Below, one piece after another: positions 1 to 8,170 of a stretch of DNA of 11,831 bases. Source of the DNA: a bacterium. GTDB taxonomy: Bacteria; Muiribacteriota; UBA6191. A program made the translations under genes and the position numbers. A model generated the notes under the pieces. That model saw only the letters and a program-made list of their open reading frames with translations. It was not told the DNA's origin and did no database searches. Each line of letters opens with the position of its first letter. The stretch's first letter is position 1. The stretch covers positions 1-11,831 of the forward strand of contig JAYZAC010000029.1 of assembly GCA_036339875.1 (NCBI GenBank), read 5' to 3'.

Positions 1-37
1 CCTTCTTGGCGTGAGAGTTCAAGTCTCTCCTTTCGCA
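1..37 (+). tRNA. 3' part of a class II tRNA, most likely tRNA-Leu (truncated by the window edge; anticodon not visible; CCA not encoded)
   Basis: T-arm GAGAG(13-17)-TTCAAGT-CTCTC(25-29), acceptor 3' strand CTTTCGC (30-36) and discriminator A37. A long variable-arm remnant (CC-TTCTT-GG) lies upstream. A long variable arm plus discriminator A, and the position upstream of tig, fit tRNA-Leu. Confidence 0.85.
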
Positions 38-108
38 TTTTCTTTTTTAGTCTAACACTGAGGTGTACGGCTATATCAATGATCATTATAGAATAGGATG
101 TGAGAACC

Positions 109-1473
109 ATGGCTAAAATAGAAAGTCATCAGGTAAAACGGGAAGATTTAGGTGATGCCCGAGTTCAGTTACAAGTCGAAGTTCCGAAGGCTGTAGTTCA
201 AGCCGCAACAAAGTCAGTATCTAAACAAATATTAAAGTATGTGAAAGTTCCAGGGTTTCGTCGAGACAAAACTCCGTTACCTCTGGTAAAGCGTTCTGTA
301 GGAAAAGAACGATTTAATGAATATCTACAGCGTGAATTGTTACCCCAAACTTATTATGAGGCTTTAGAGCAAGAAGATGTTCGACCGATATCCGAAGTTG
401 AATACGAAGGTATTGAATTTGCTTCAGATTCGTTTAAGTTTATTGCTAAATTCAGTATTGCCCCTGAATTCAGTGTAGGGGACTATAAGAATTTGGAAGT
501 CGAATCTTTTCAAGAGAAAGATGTGACAGATAAGGAAGTAAACGATTTCCTTGAAGAATTAGTATCTAAACAGGCCGAAATGGAAGATTTCGAATCTGAT
601 GTTGAAACAGCTAAAGGTCACTGGGTTTCACTATTAGTTAAAGGTAAAATTGATGGTGAAGATTCAAAGTTTTTGCGACACTACAACACTGGAGTTGTAT
701 TAGGTAAAGACGAGCTCTATCCAAAATTTGACAAAGAATTACTGGGTAAAAAGAAAATGGATCGTGTGAATTTTGATTATAAATTTGCCAAAAATTATGA
801 AAATAAAGCACTAGCAGGTAAAACAGCTAGCTTTGAAGTAAAAATTTTAGGGCATAAAAATATTACAATTCCAAAAATAGACGACGAGTTTGCCAAGAAA
901 ATGGGCCCTTTTGAAAACGTTACAGCTCTCAAAGAGACTGTACAAGCTGAATTGGGAAATAAGAAGCGTGAGGAAAGTTTACAGGAGTACAGAAAGCATC
1001 TTCAAAATTCCTTGCATGAGGTGATTGAATGCCAAGTGCCACAATCTTTGGTCGATCAATTGAGTGATGCAAAGATGCAAGATCTTAAGCAAGGTTTAGC
1101 ACAGAAAAATAAAAGTTTTGATGAGCATTTAAGTGCTGAAGGTAAGTCTGAAGAAGAACTCAAGCAGGATATGCATAATGATTCAGAGCGTGAGTTAAAG
1201 CTCAGTTTTGCACTTACTGAAATTGCAATCAATGAAGGCTTGGAAGTTCAAGATATCGAAGTGAACCAGAGAATTGCGTTTACTGCTCATGCACTTCAAA
1301 AGAATTTTGATGAAATCCTTGAATATGTTGAGAGTTTAGGTCGTAAGGTTTTGATTCGTAGTGAAATTATGCAGGAGAAGGCTCTTGGTTTCCTTGAGGA
1401 CTTGTATCGTAAAGATTCTGCAGAGAACGAATCTGAGACTGTTGAGAAAAGCTCCACAGAATCAGCCGAATAG
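109..1473 (+). CDS. tig: Trigger factor (ribosome-associated chaperone/PPIase)
   Basis: VPGFRRDKTP resembles the GFRxGxxP ribosome-binding signature. There is an FKBP-like middle (YPKFDKELLG...NYENKALAGKTASFEV), an IDDEFAK motif and a SurA-like C-domain, and the gene lies upstream of clpP-clpX. ATG109 has AGGA upstream and is preferred over GTG100. Confidence 0.95.
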   Translation: MAKIESHQVKREDLGDARVQLQVEVPKAVVQAATKSVSKQILKYVKVPGFRRDKTPLPLVKRSVGKERFNEYLQRELLPQTYYEALEQEDVRPISEVEYEGIEFASDSFKFIAKFSIAPEFSVGDYKNLEVESFQEKDVTDKEVNDFLEELVSKQAEMEDFESDVETAKGHWVSLLVKGKIDGEDSKFLRHYNTGVVLGKDELYPKFDKELLGKKKMDRVNFDYKFAKNYENKALAGKTASFEVKILGHKNITIPKIDDEFAKKMGPFENVTALKETVQAELGNKKREESLQEYRKHLQNSLHEVIECQVPQSLVDQLSDAKMQDLKQGLAQKNKSFDEHLSAEGKSEEELKQDMHNDSERELKLSFALTEIAINEGLEVQDIEVNQRIAFTAHALQKNFDEILEYVESLGRKVLIRSEIMQEKALGFLEDLYRKDSAENESETVEKSSTESAE

Positions 1474-1538
1474 CCGATAAAGGATAACAGCTTAGATAAA
1501 TGACAATGTAACAAAATGTGTCTTAAAAGGGGGGTCCT

Positions 1539-2126
1539 GTGCCTTTGATTCCAATGGTAGTAGAGTCCACAAGCCGTGGAGAGAGGTCTTATGATTTATA
1601 TTCGAGACTTCTCAAGGATAGGATTGTATTTTTGGGTAGCCCAGTACATGACGAAATTGCTAATATCATTATAGCCCAATTGTTGTTTTTGGAGGCAGAA
1701 GACTGCGATAAAGACATTCAGTTCTACATAAACTCTCCGGGCGGTTCTGTATCTGCAGGACTTGCTATTGTTGATACTATGAAATACGTGAAGCCACAAG
1801 TGGCTACCATTTGCTTAGGACAAGCAGCTTCTATGGGTGCGTTAATACTGGCAGCGGGTGAAAAAGGTAAGCGCTATGCATTACCAAATTCATCTGTGAT
1901 GATTCATCAGCCTTTGGGCGGTGCTGCCGGACAGGCCACTGATATAGAAATTAGAGCTACTGAAATTCTTAGGATTAAAGATCTTTGTAATAAAATGATG
2001 TGTGATTTCACAGGCCAACCGTTGGAGAGAATTATTGAAGACTCCGATAGAGATTATTACATGACAGCTCCTCAGGCGCTTGAATATGGTCTTATTGATA
2101 AAGTCATGGAAAGAAATAGCGAGTAG
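1539..2126 (+). CDS. clpP: ATP-dependent Clp protease proteolytic subunit
   Basis: [21 protein letters not shown], catalytic Ser in GQAASMG, His in MIHQP and Asp in DRD. GTG start with SD AAGGGGGGT. Confidence 0.98.
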   Translation: MPLIPMVVESTSRGERSYDLYSRLLKDRIVFLGSPVHDEIANIIIAQLLFLEAEDCDKDIQFYINSPGGSVSAGLAIVDTMKYVKPQVATICLGQAASMGALILAAGEKGKRYALPNSSVMIHQPLGGAAGQATDIEIRATEILRIKDLCNKMMCDFTGQPLERIIEDSDRDYYMTAPQALEYGLIDKVMERNSE

Positions 2127-2242
2127 TAGGTAACAGCATCTGTTTAAGTTAGGCAGTTTCTAAATTTTTAAGGTGACTGTTTTTCCAGCTGAATATTAAA
2201 TTAATCAATTATTGATGTAAGAGACTTCTTAAGAGGCATTTT

Positions 2243-3490
2243 ATGAGTATGTTTAATTCCAAAGGCAATGAAAATTATCGTTGTTCATTTTGTGGAAAAA
2301 GCCAAGATCAGGTAAAAAAATTGATTGCAGGTCCAGATGTTTACATCTGTGATGCATGCATTGAATTGTGTAATGAAATCATTGTAGAGGAATTAGAAGA
2401 AGAGACATCCACAGGGTCTCAAGAGTTATTGAAGCCAAGTGAAATCTATGAAGAGTTAAATAAACATTTGGTCGGACAGCATGCTTCCAAAAAGACAATC
2501 TCTGTGGCTGTGTACAATCACTTTAAGAGAATTGCCACGAGAGTTAAAGATGATGTTGAAATACAAAAGTCTAATATTTTGCTCTTGGGTCCAACGGGTT
2601 GCGGTAAGACTCTGCTGGCCAAGACGTTGGCTAAGATTCTAAACGTACCATTCAGTATTGCAGATGCAACAAGTCTTACGGAAGCCGGATATGTTGGTGA
2701 AGATGTTGAAAGCATCCTTTTGAAATTAATTCATGATGCAGACTTTAATATTCAAAGGGCAGAGCAGGGAATTGTGTATGTCGATGAAATCGATAAGATT
2801 GCTCGAAAAGGAGAGAATACATCAATTACGCGCGATGTTTCGGGTGAAGGTGTTCAGCAGTCCCTTTTGAAAATATTGGAGGGTACGGTAGCCAATATTC
2901 CTCCCAAAGGCGGTCGAAAACATCCCCATCAAGAACTAATTCAGATAGATACTTCGAATATTTTATTTATTTGCGGTGGTGCATTTGATGGTCTTGAGAA
3001 GGTAGTAGAGGAAAGAATTAATAGTTCTAACATGGGTTTTGGTGCAAAAGTTACCAGTAAGAGATCATTTGAATCTCGAAATGTCCTTGCTGAAGTCACT
3101 ACGGAGGATTTAATTAAATTTGGTATCATTCCAGAATTTATTGGACGACTTCCTGTAGTCTGTACGTTGGAACCACTCACAATAGACACTTTAGTATCTA
3201 TTTTGGTAGAGCCCAAGAATGCTTTACTTAAGCAGTATCAGAAACTTTTTGAACTCGAGGGTGCTACGTTGGAATTTCATCCTAAAGCACTCCAAGCAGT
3301 TGCTAGAAAAGCTGCTGCAGAAGAAACTGGCGCCCGAGCGCTTCGCTCTGTTATGGAAGGTCTGATGCTGGATTTAATGTTTGAATTGCCCGATCTCGTG
3401 AAAGAAAAGAAAGACTTTCTAATCACAGAGGATATGGTTCTAGGTGGCGAACCTATTACCGAAATGGTTAATTTAAAAAAGATTGCTTAA
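2243..3490 (+). CDS. clpX: ATP-dependent Clp protease ATP-binding subunit ClpX
   Basis: C4 zinc finger CSFC...CDAC, Walker A GPTGCGKT, pore loop GYVG, Walker B VYVDE, RKH loop, ClpP-docking loop MGF and sensor-2 GARALR. SD GAGG at 2233-2236. Confidence 0.98.
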   Translation: MSMFNSKGNENYRCSFCGKSQDQVKKLIAGPDVYICDACIELCNEIIVEELEEETSTGSQELLKPSEIYEELNKHLVGQHASKKTISVAVYNHFKRIATRVKDDVEIQKSNILLLGPTGCGKTLLAKTLAKILNVPFSIADATSLTEAGYVGEDVESILLKLIHDADFNIQRAEQGIVYVDEIDKIARKGENTSITRDVSGEGVQQSLLKILEGTVANIPPKGGRKHPHQELIQIDTSNILFICGGAFDGLEKVVEERINSSNMGFGAKVTSKRSFESRNVLAEVTTEDLIKFGIIPEFIGRLPVVCTLEPLTIDTLVSILVEPKNALLKQYQKLFELEGATLEFHPKALQAVARKAAAEETGARALRSVMEGLMLDLMFELPDLVKEKKDFLITEDMVLGGEPITEMVNLKKIA

Positions 3491-3530
3491 GTCTAGCTAG
3501 ATTGTGCCTAAGCAACTTTAATTTCTTCAT

Positions 3531-3568
3531 TTAGATCAGCATAAGTATGCTTGACTAAGGCCTTTTTT
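3531..3568 (+). terminator. Possible intrinsic terminator after clpX
   Basis: Imperfect hairpin TTAG-a-TCA-GCAT/AAGT/ATGC-t-TGA-CTAA (3531-3558) followed by GGCCTTTTTT. The stem is bulged and the U-tract is offset, so the call is tentative. Confidence 0.3.
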
Positions 3569-3649
3569 CTATCCAAGGAAGGCGGTTTGTAATATACTTC
3601 GCTTTCTATTTCATGGTGGTTAATTTCAGACACATGGAGAGGTTAAATC

Positions 3650-6600
3650 ATGGGTCGTAAGTCAAAAAGTCTACAATCTACAAAAGCCGTAATGGATACT
3701 CAAGAGATAAACTTAGCTATCCTTACATCTATTCCCAGATTTACAGTCTATTTAGCAGTCGGACTTATTTTATTTTGGATGCCGTTGTATATCGATGTAG
3801 ATCTCAAGCATGTATTCAACACTGCAAAAGAGATACAATTCGGACGTTTTTTGATGTTAGCTTTGGTTTCATGGCTTGCATATTTATGTCTTCGTGGTGA
3901 GTTTCTTTTTCCAAAAAGTAAAGCTTGGTATTTTTACTTGGCTACTATTATTTTTATGATTTTATCGGTAACTTGGTCAATATCCCCCAATTTGTCCATC
4001 CGTGAAATTAGTCCTCAGGTAGGCTGTTTTCTACTTTTTACAATCGTTTTGACGACTGTTCGTAGTGAAAGAGTAATTCAGGTTTTAATCAGTGTAGCGA
4101 TTGTGGCAGGTTTTTTAGTTACCATTTATGGATTATTTCAATATTATGACTTGGATGATTCGTATTTCAAAATGCAGCCAACGGCAACAGTTGTAGATAC
4201 TTTCATTGGTGAAATTTCAGTCTCTAGAGGCGAATCTGTAATGTCGACGGTTCTTCCGTTACCTTTTGTTGAGTCTAATCGCTTTTATCAGGGTATTCTT
4301 TTGCCACAAAAGCCTGAGGAACATTTCAAGATTTATGCATTTATGGGTCATAGAAATTATTTTTCTGGATATCTAGTTTTACTACTTCCACTGATATTTA
4401 TAAGACTTATGATAAAACTCAAAAGTCTATTATTTGATACTTTGGAAAGAGTAAAATCAAGTGGTATAAAGTCGAGCTGGAAGGAACTGACTTGGAATAT
4501 CTGCTCAAGTGGTTTCTATATAGCATGTCTTACATACATGAGTCGTGCAATATTGCTTACCCAAACTCGAGGAGCCATTCTGGGAATGGTGGTTAGCTTA
4601 TGTTTTCTGGTTTTGTGTTCGCTACTTTTATCAAATCGTCATAAATCACCAAAAAGTTTGATACTGGTTGTTCTCGGAGGTGTTGGTTTAGTTGTTCTAA
4701 TATTGGGTATCATGTTTGTGACAAATACTAAATCTCTGTTTTCGGTAGCGATGATAGTTGCGGGTATTATCTTCCTAGGATTGGTATTTCTCTATCGACA
4801 CCTGGTGCCATCAGTGGTTGTATTTTTAGTTTTTTTAATACTGGGTATTGGAACCTACAATGTTATGACCGCCGATGCGGAGTCTGAAGTAATTAAGTCT
4901 AGAAGAAGCACAATATATCGGATTGCACAAACCTCGGATTGGGGTGGTTCAGCTCACCAGAGAACATTAATTTACTCTACAACACTTCGAATAATAACGG
5001 ATAATGTTGGTTCTCTACTTTTTGGAAAAGGTATTGGAACTTACGGAATACATTATATGATTTATCAAGTGAAGCTCTTTTTGGATACTGAAGCTTCTGG
5101 AGAGTTTTTGTGGGATACAAATAAATCGATTTATGCTCATAATGAATATATTCATTGGTGGAGTGAGATAGGATTTTTTGGAATTACCTTGATGTTTTTG
5201 TTTTGGTTCTTCTATGTAAAAAGAACCTTGATGGGTCTTAATCGAGTCCATGCTTTGGAGATGGAAAGTAATCCCACGAAGGTATTGACCATCCTCGCCC
5301 TATTGTCAGGTACTGTAGGCACACTTGTGCATTGTATGGTTACATTCGATTTACATCTAATGTACTCAATGGTTACGTTTTATTGCTGGGCAGCATTCGC
5401 TTTGATTCTGGCAGGTGTTAGATTAGAGTCTGTAAGAATCAATCTATCAACTAAAATTTCCATATTTACTGTAGGTATTTTGGTGGCTTTATATGTTGTT
5501 TTCCAACTACAAAACGTTTATTGGAGAGATTATTATTGGCGAAAAGCTTTTTATCAGTTTAGTTTGAAAAACTGGCAAAATTCTTTCGATCTTTACCAGA
5601 GGGCGCTATCTCATGATTCTACGCTGGGTGAATTACTATTCGATTTTGGTAGAGTATTAATGGATTCCAACGATAAGCCACGTGTGAAGAAAGCTGATAT
5701 TGATAAATATAATGTAGAAACCATCAAGCGAAATTTGAACATCCATACTATGTATCAGAGGCCTGAATTTGAAAAAGATCATTCAAAGCTTCCAGCTAAT
5801 GAAGATTTGACCGACTTAAATCTAACAAATAATTTCATAGCAGTATCAAGTTTTCTTGAAGCTACTCATAACTTTACAGATCCAGCAAACTTCCACAATA
5901 TTGCTTTGTGTTTTTATAAAGAGTCACAGCGAGCAAGTAGGCCATCTGCAGAGAAAAAGATTTTGGCTCAAAAGTCCGAAGATTTTTATCGTAAGGCGAT
6001 AGACCTAAATCCGATCTATGCCCAGTCCTTGTCTAATTTAGGTTATTTGAAAGCCTTACGAGGAGAGTATGAAGATGCTAAATCAATGTTAGATAGAGCT
6101 GCTAGATTGAAAGATGGTCGTACGCCGACCACCTATCTAGGTTTAGCTATAATCGATCAGTCCAAAGGTAACTATCTAGGTGCATTAGAATCGTTCATAC
6201 AACTCGAGAAGCGGAGTCCGAAGTCACAGGATACTTTAGTAAGAATAGGTGGCTTGTATCATCAACTATATAGCAAGACAAATAAAGAACAATTATCTAA
6301 GGATCTGCAAAATCGTTATCAAAGTTTTTTATTAGAAGGAATGTACTCAAAGACTTTATGGCCTGACATGAATTACGAGCAGTTTCTCAGAGTTTATTCT
6401 TACATGTTGGATGAAAAAATTACAGAGTATGACTTATACCAAAAAACTCTACGAACTCGTATGAAATTAAAGGATTTGTTTGAAAAAGAAATGAAGTCTC
6501 CTTTAACTCAAAAAGAGTTCATTTCGTCACTAGGAATCAAATCAGAGGATTATCTGTTGAAAGCTTCTGAAGCGGCACAAAATCGACAACGTAAGGTCAC

Positions 6601-6958
6601 TTTTCAGAAACAGGCCTTAGAATTCAGAATTCCTCGATTACAGAAAATAGTAAAGTCTAACTCTGAGGATCAAGTTGCGTTTATGCAACTAGCGTTTGCA
6701 TTTGTACAGTATGGAACTTTACCTATGAATATACCGAAAAAGAGTCAATATCTTCAGCAGGGTATTCAAGCTTTAAGGCATTTGATAGTGAAAAAGCCTA
6801 CGAATGTTGATGCTAGATTAAAATTGGCTGAAGCCTATGAAGAAATTCAAGATCACGATAGACTCAGAGAAGCTTACCAAAATGTAATTAAAATAATGAG
6901 TCCTACTGATCCTCGAAGAGGTAGTGTAGAACGTAAATTACTGTTTTTGACTCAGTAA
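3650..6958 (+). CDS. O-antigen ligase (Wzy_C/WaaL/PglL-like) family polytopic membrane protein with C-terminal TPR region
   Basis: About 12-15 hydrophobic segments in the first ~620 aa, with family-like motifs YGLFQY, FMGHRNYFSGYL, LLTQTRGA, QRTLIY, LFGKGIGTY and AHNEYIHWWSEIGFFG. C-terminal TPR-like helices include YQRALSHDS...LLFDFGR, YRKAIDLNPIYAQSLSNLG and PTNVDARLKLAEAY. SD GGAGAGG. Confidence 0.8.
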   Translation: MGRKSKSLQSTKAVMDTQEINLAILTSIPRFTVYLAVGLILFWMPLYIDVDLKHVFNTAKEIQFGRFLMLALVSWLAYLCLRGEFLFPKSKAWYFYLATIIFMILSVTWSISPNLSIREISPQVGCFLLFTIVLTTVRSERVIQVLISVAIVAGFLVTIYGLFQYYDLDDSYFKMQPTATVVDTFIGEISVSRGESVMSTVLPLPFVESNRFYQGILLPQKPEEHFKIYAFMGHRNYFSGYLVLLLPLIFIRLMIKLKSLLFDTLERVKSSGIKSSWKELTWNICSSGFYIACLTYMSRAILLTQTRGAILGMVVSLCFLVLCSLLLSNRHKSPKSLILVVLGGVGLVVLILGIMFVTNTKSLFSVAMIVAGIIFLGLVFLYRHLVPSVVVFLVFLILGIGTYNVMTADAESEVIKSRRSTIYRIAQTSDWGGSAHQRTLIYSTTLRIITDNVGSLLFGKGIGTYGIHYMIYQVKLFLDTEASGEFLWDTNKSIYAHNEYIHWWSEIGFFGITLMFLFWFFYVKRTLMGLNRVHALEMESNPTKVLTILALLSGTVGTLVHCMVTFDLHLMYSMVTFYCWAAFALILAGVRLESVRINLSTKISIFTVGILVALYVVFQLQNVYWRDYYWRKAFYQFSLKNWQNSFDLYQRALSHDSTLGELLFDFGRVLMDSNDKPRVKKADIDKYNVETIKRNLNIHTMYQRPEFEKDHSKLPANEDLTDLNLTNNFIAVSSFLEATHNFTDPANFHNIALCFYKESQRASRPSAEKKILAQKSEDFYRKAIDLNPIYAQSLSNLGYLKALRGEYEDAKSMLDRAARLKDGRTPTTYLGLAIIDQSKGNYLGALESFIQLEKRSPKSQDTLVRIGGLYHQLYSKTNKEQLSKDLQNRYQSFLLEGMYSKTLWPDMNYEQFLRVYSYMLDEKITEYDLYQKTLRTRMKLKDLFEKEMKSPLTQKEFISSLGIKSEDYLLKASEAAQNRQRKVTFQKQALEFRIPRLQKIVKSNSEDQVAFMQLAFAFVQYGTLPMNIPKKSQYLQQGIQALRHLIVKKPTNVDARLKLAEAYEEIQDHDRLREAYQNVIKIMSPTDPRRGSVERKLLFLTQ

Positions 6959-7025
6959 TTTGATGCTCTCTAAATCACAAATGACTATTAGTTTAGAGCA
7001 GGTATTTTTAGATTCATTACATAAT

Positions 7026-8063
7026 CTAGTAATTGTTTTTAGAAGATTCTAATGCCGTATTAATGAATGCTTCAACTTGCGGAATTGGAGTGGTAGGAAG
7101 AATTCCATGTCCTAGGTTTAAGATGTGATTAGGTCGATTTTTTGTCGCCTCTAAAATTTCTTTAGTTTTATGAATTACAGTATCGACGGGTGCAAAAAGA
7201 CAGCCGGGATCTAAGTTACCTTGAATAGCTATATCATCTGGGACTAGCTGCAGATAGTCTTTTATGTGAAGTCTCCAATCCACTGAGATTACGTCAGGCT
7301 TCGACTCAACCATGGCTGAAATTAGATGACTTCCTCCATTAATATACAAAACAATTGGTAGCCCATTTGCTTGCGCTGTTTTGATAATTTTAGTTGTGTA
7401 GGGGTGAGCAAAAAGTCGATAATCTTCGAGGCTTAGTTGGCCCGCCCACGTATCAAACAGCTGCACAACTTCTGCGCCAGCTCTATGTTGAGCCAGAATA
7501 TATTCAGAAACTAAGTCTGCTAATCCATTGAGAATTTCATGGAATTCTTTCGTATTTTGATATGCCCAGGCTCTTACCATTTCAAAGTTTTTGGATGTTT
7601 TGCCTTCAATTGCATAAGTTGCTAATGTAAATGGAGCTCCAGTGAACCCTAGTAATGTTTTTTTTGTACCTTTTAATTCGTTTTTTAGGAGACTTAAAGT
7701 TTGCATGATATGAGGAACTTTTTCTTCTATCGGCCTAGGTGGGCAGTCTAGCTTTCTAAAGTCAGAAATATTTTGAATAGGGTTAGCAAAAACTGGTCCG
7801 GGACAAAAATCTAACTCCATGCCCATGGCTTGTAATGGAACCAAAATATCACTAAAACAAATAACACCATCCATATCGTAGCGACTCAAAGGTTGAAGAC
7901 TTGCCTCAGCAGCAGCTAAAGGTGTTTTGCACAGTTCCAAAAAGCTATATTTTTCTTTTAACTTTCGATACTCTGGTAAGTGTCGTCCCGCTTGTCGCAT
8001 CATCCATACCGGAGAACGAAAAGCCTCTCCTTTAAGTGCCTTTAAAATAAGTTTTTCTGACAT
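7026..8063 (-). CDS. hemE: Uroporphyrinogen decarboxylase
   Basis: PVWMMRQAGR, FSDIL, GFTGAPFTLATY, QLFDTWAG, QGNLDP and NLGHGI motifs. Start reassigned to ATG at 8063 (MSEKLILK), which has SD GAGGT 4 nt upstream. The ORF-track start at 8096 overlaps the predicted -10 box. Confidence 0.96.
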   Translation of the reverse strand: MSEKLILKALKGEAFRSPVWMMRQAGRHLPEYRKLKEKYSFLELCKTPLAAAEASLQPLSRYDMDGVICFSDILVPLQAMGMELDFCPGPVFANPIQNISDFRKLDCPPRPIEEKVPHIMQTLSLLKNELKGTKKTLLGFTGAPFTLATYAIEGKTSKNFEMVRAWAYQNTKEFHEILNGLADLVSEYILAQHRAGAEVVQLFDTWAGQLSLEDYRLFAHPYTTKIIKTAQANGLPIVLYINGGSHLISAMVESKPDVISVDWRLHIKDYLQLVPDDIAIQGNLDPGCLFAPVDTVIHKTKEILEATKNRPNHILNLGHGILPTTPIPQVEAFINTALESSKNNY

Positions 8064-8087
8064 AATAACCTCAATTTGAAACCATTC

Positions 8088-8116
8088 ATTATACATAAAC
8101 CAGCGTCCTTGATGAA
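8088..8116 (-). promoter_or_regulatory. Putative sigma70-type promoter for hemE
   Basis: Minus strand: TTCATC (8116-8111), 17-nt spacer, perfect TATAAT (8093-8088), about 25 nt upstream of the hemE ATG. Confidence 0.55.
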
Positions 8117-8137
8117 TAGTAGTATGAGAAGTAGAAT
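8109..8137 (+). promoter_or_regulatory. Putative sigma70-type promoter for the response regulator-LD-carboxypeptidase-meaB unit
   Basis: TTGATG (8109-8114), 17-nt spacer, TAGAAT (8132-8137). Confidence 0.55.
8112..8134. repeat. Tandem imperfect 11-bp direct repeat (candidate operator)
   Basis: ATGAATAGTAG (8112-8122) and ATGAGAAGTAG (8124-8134): 9/11 identical, 12-bp period. Confidence 0.4.
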
Positions 8138-8170
8138 TATCATATTATTAAGAATTAGTTAAATTTATTA

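Noticed and set aside
78..87. Palindrome AATGATCATT upstream of tig
   Set aside because: Short and AT-rich, with the wrong spacing for a Fur box and no second copy noticed.
1296..3216. Short minus-strand ORFs 1296-1514, 1596-1799, 2518-2715 and 2941-3216
   Set aside because: Antisense shadows of the conserved tig, clpP and clpX genes, with no recognisable motifs.
5015..5251. 78-aa minus-strand ORF
   Set aside because: Antisense to the catalytic loop of the ligase-TPR gene; no motif.
6964..7000. Possible bidirectional terminator between the ligase gene and hemE (CTCTAAA...TTTAGAG)
   Set aside because: AT-rich 7-bp stem with a 17-nt loop and poor U-tracts; too weak to call.
8064..8096. 11-aa N-terminal extension of HemE in the ORF track
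   Set aside because: The upstream ATG overlaps a perfect TATAAT box, while ATG8063 has a good SD and gives a typical HemE length.
8134..8168. Fur-box-like or 9-bp-periodic AATT pattern between hemE and the regulator
   Set aside because: Only a half-site (ATTATCA) matches, with no 7-1-7 symmetry. The sequence is so AT-rich that the periodicity is expected by chance.
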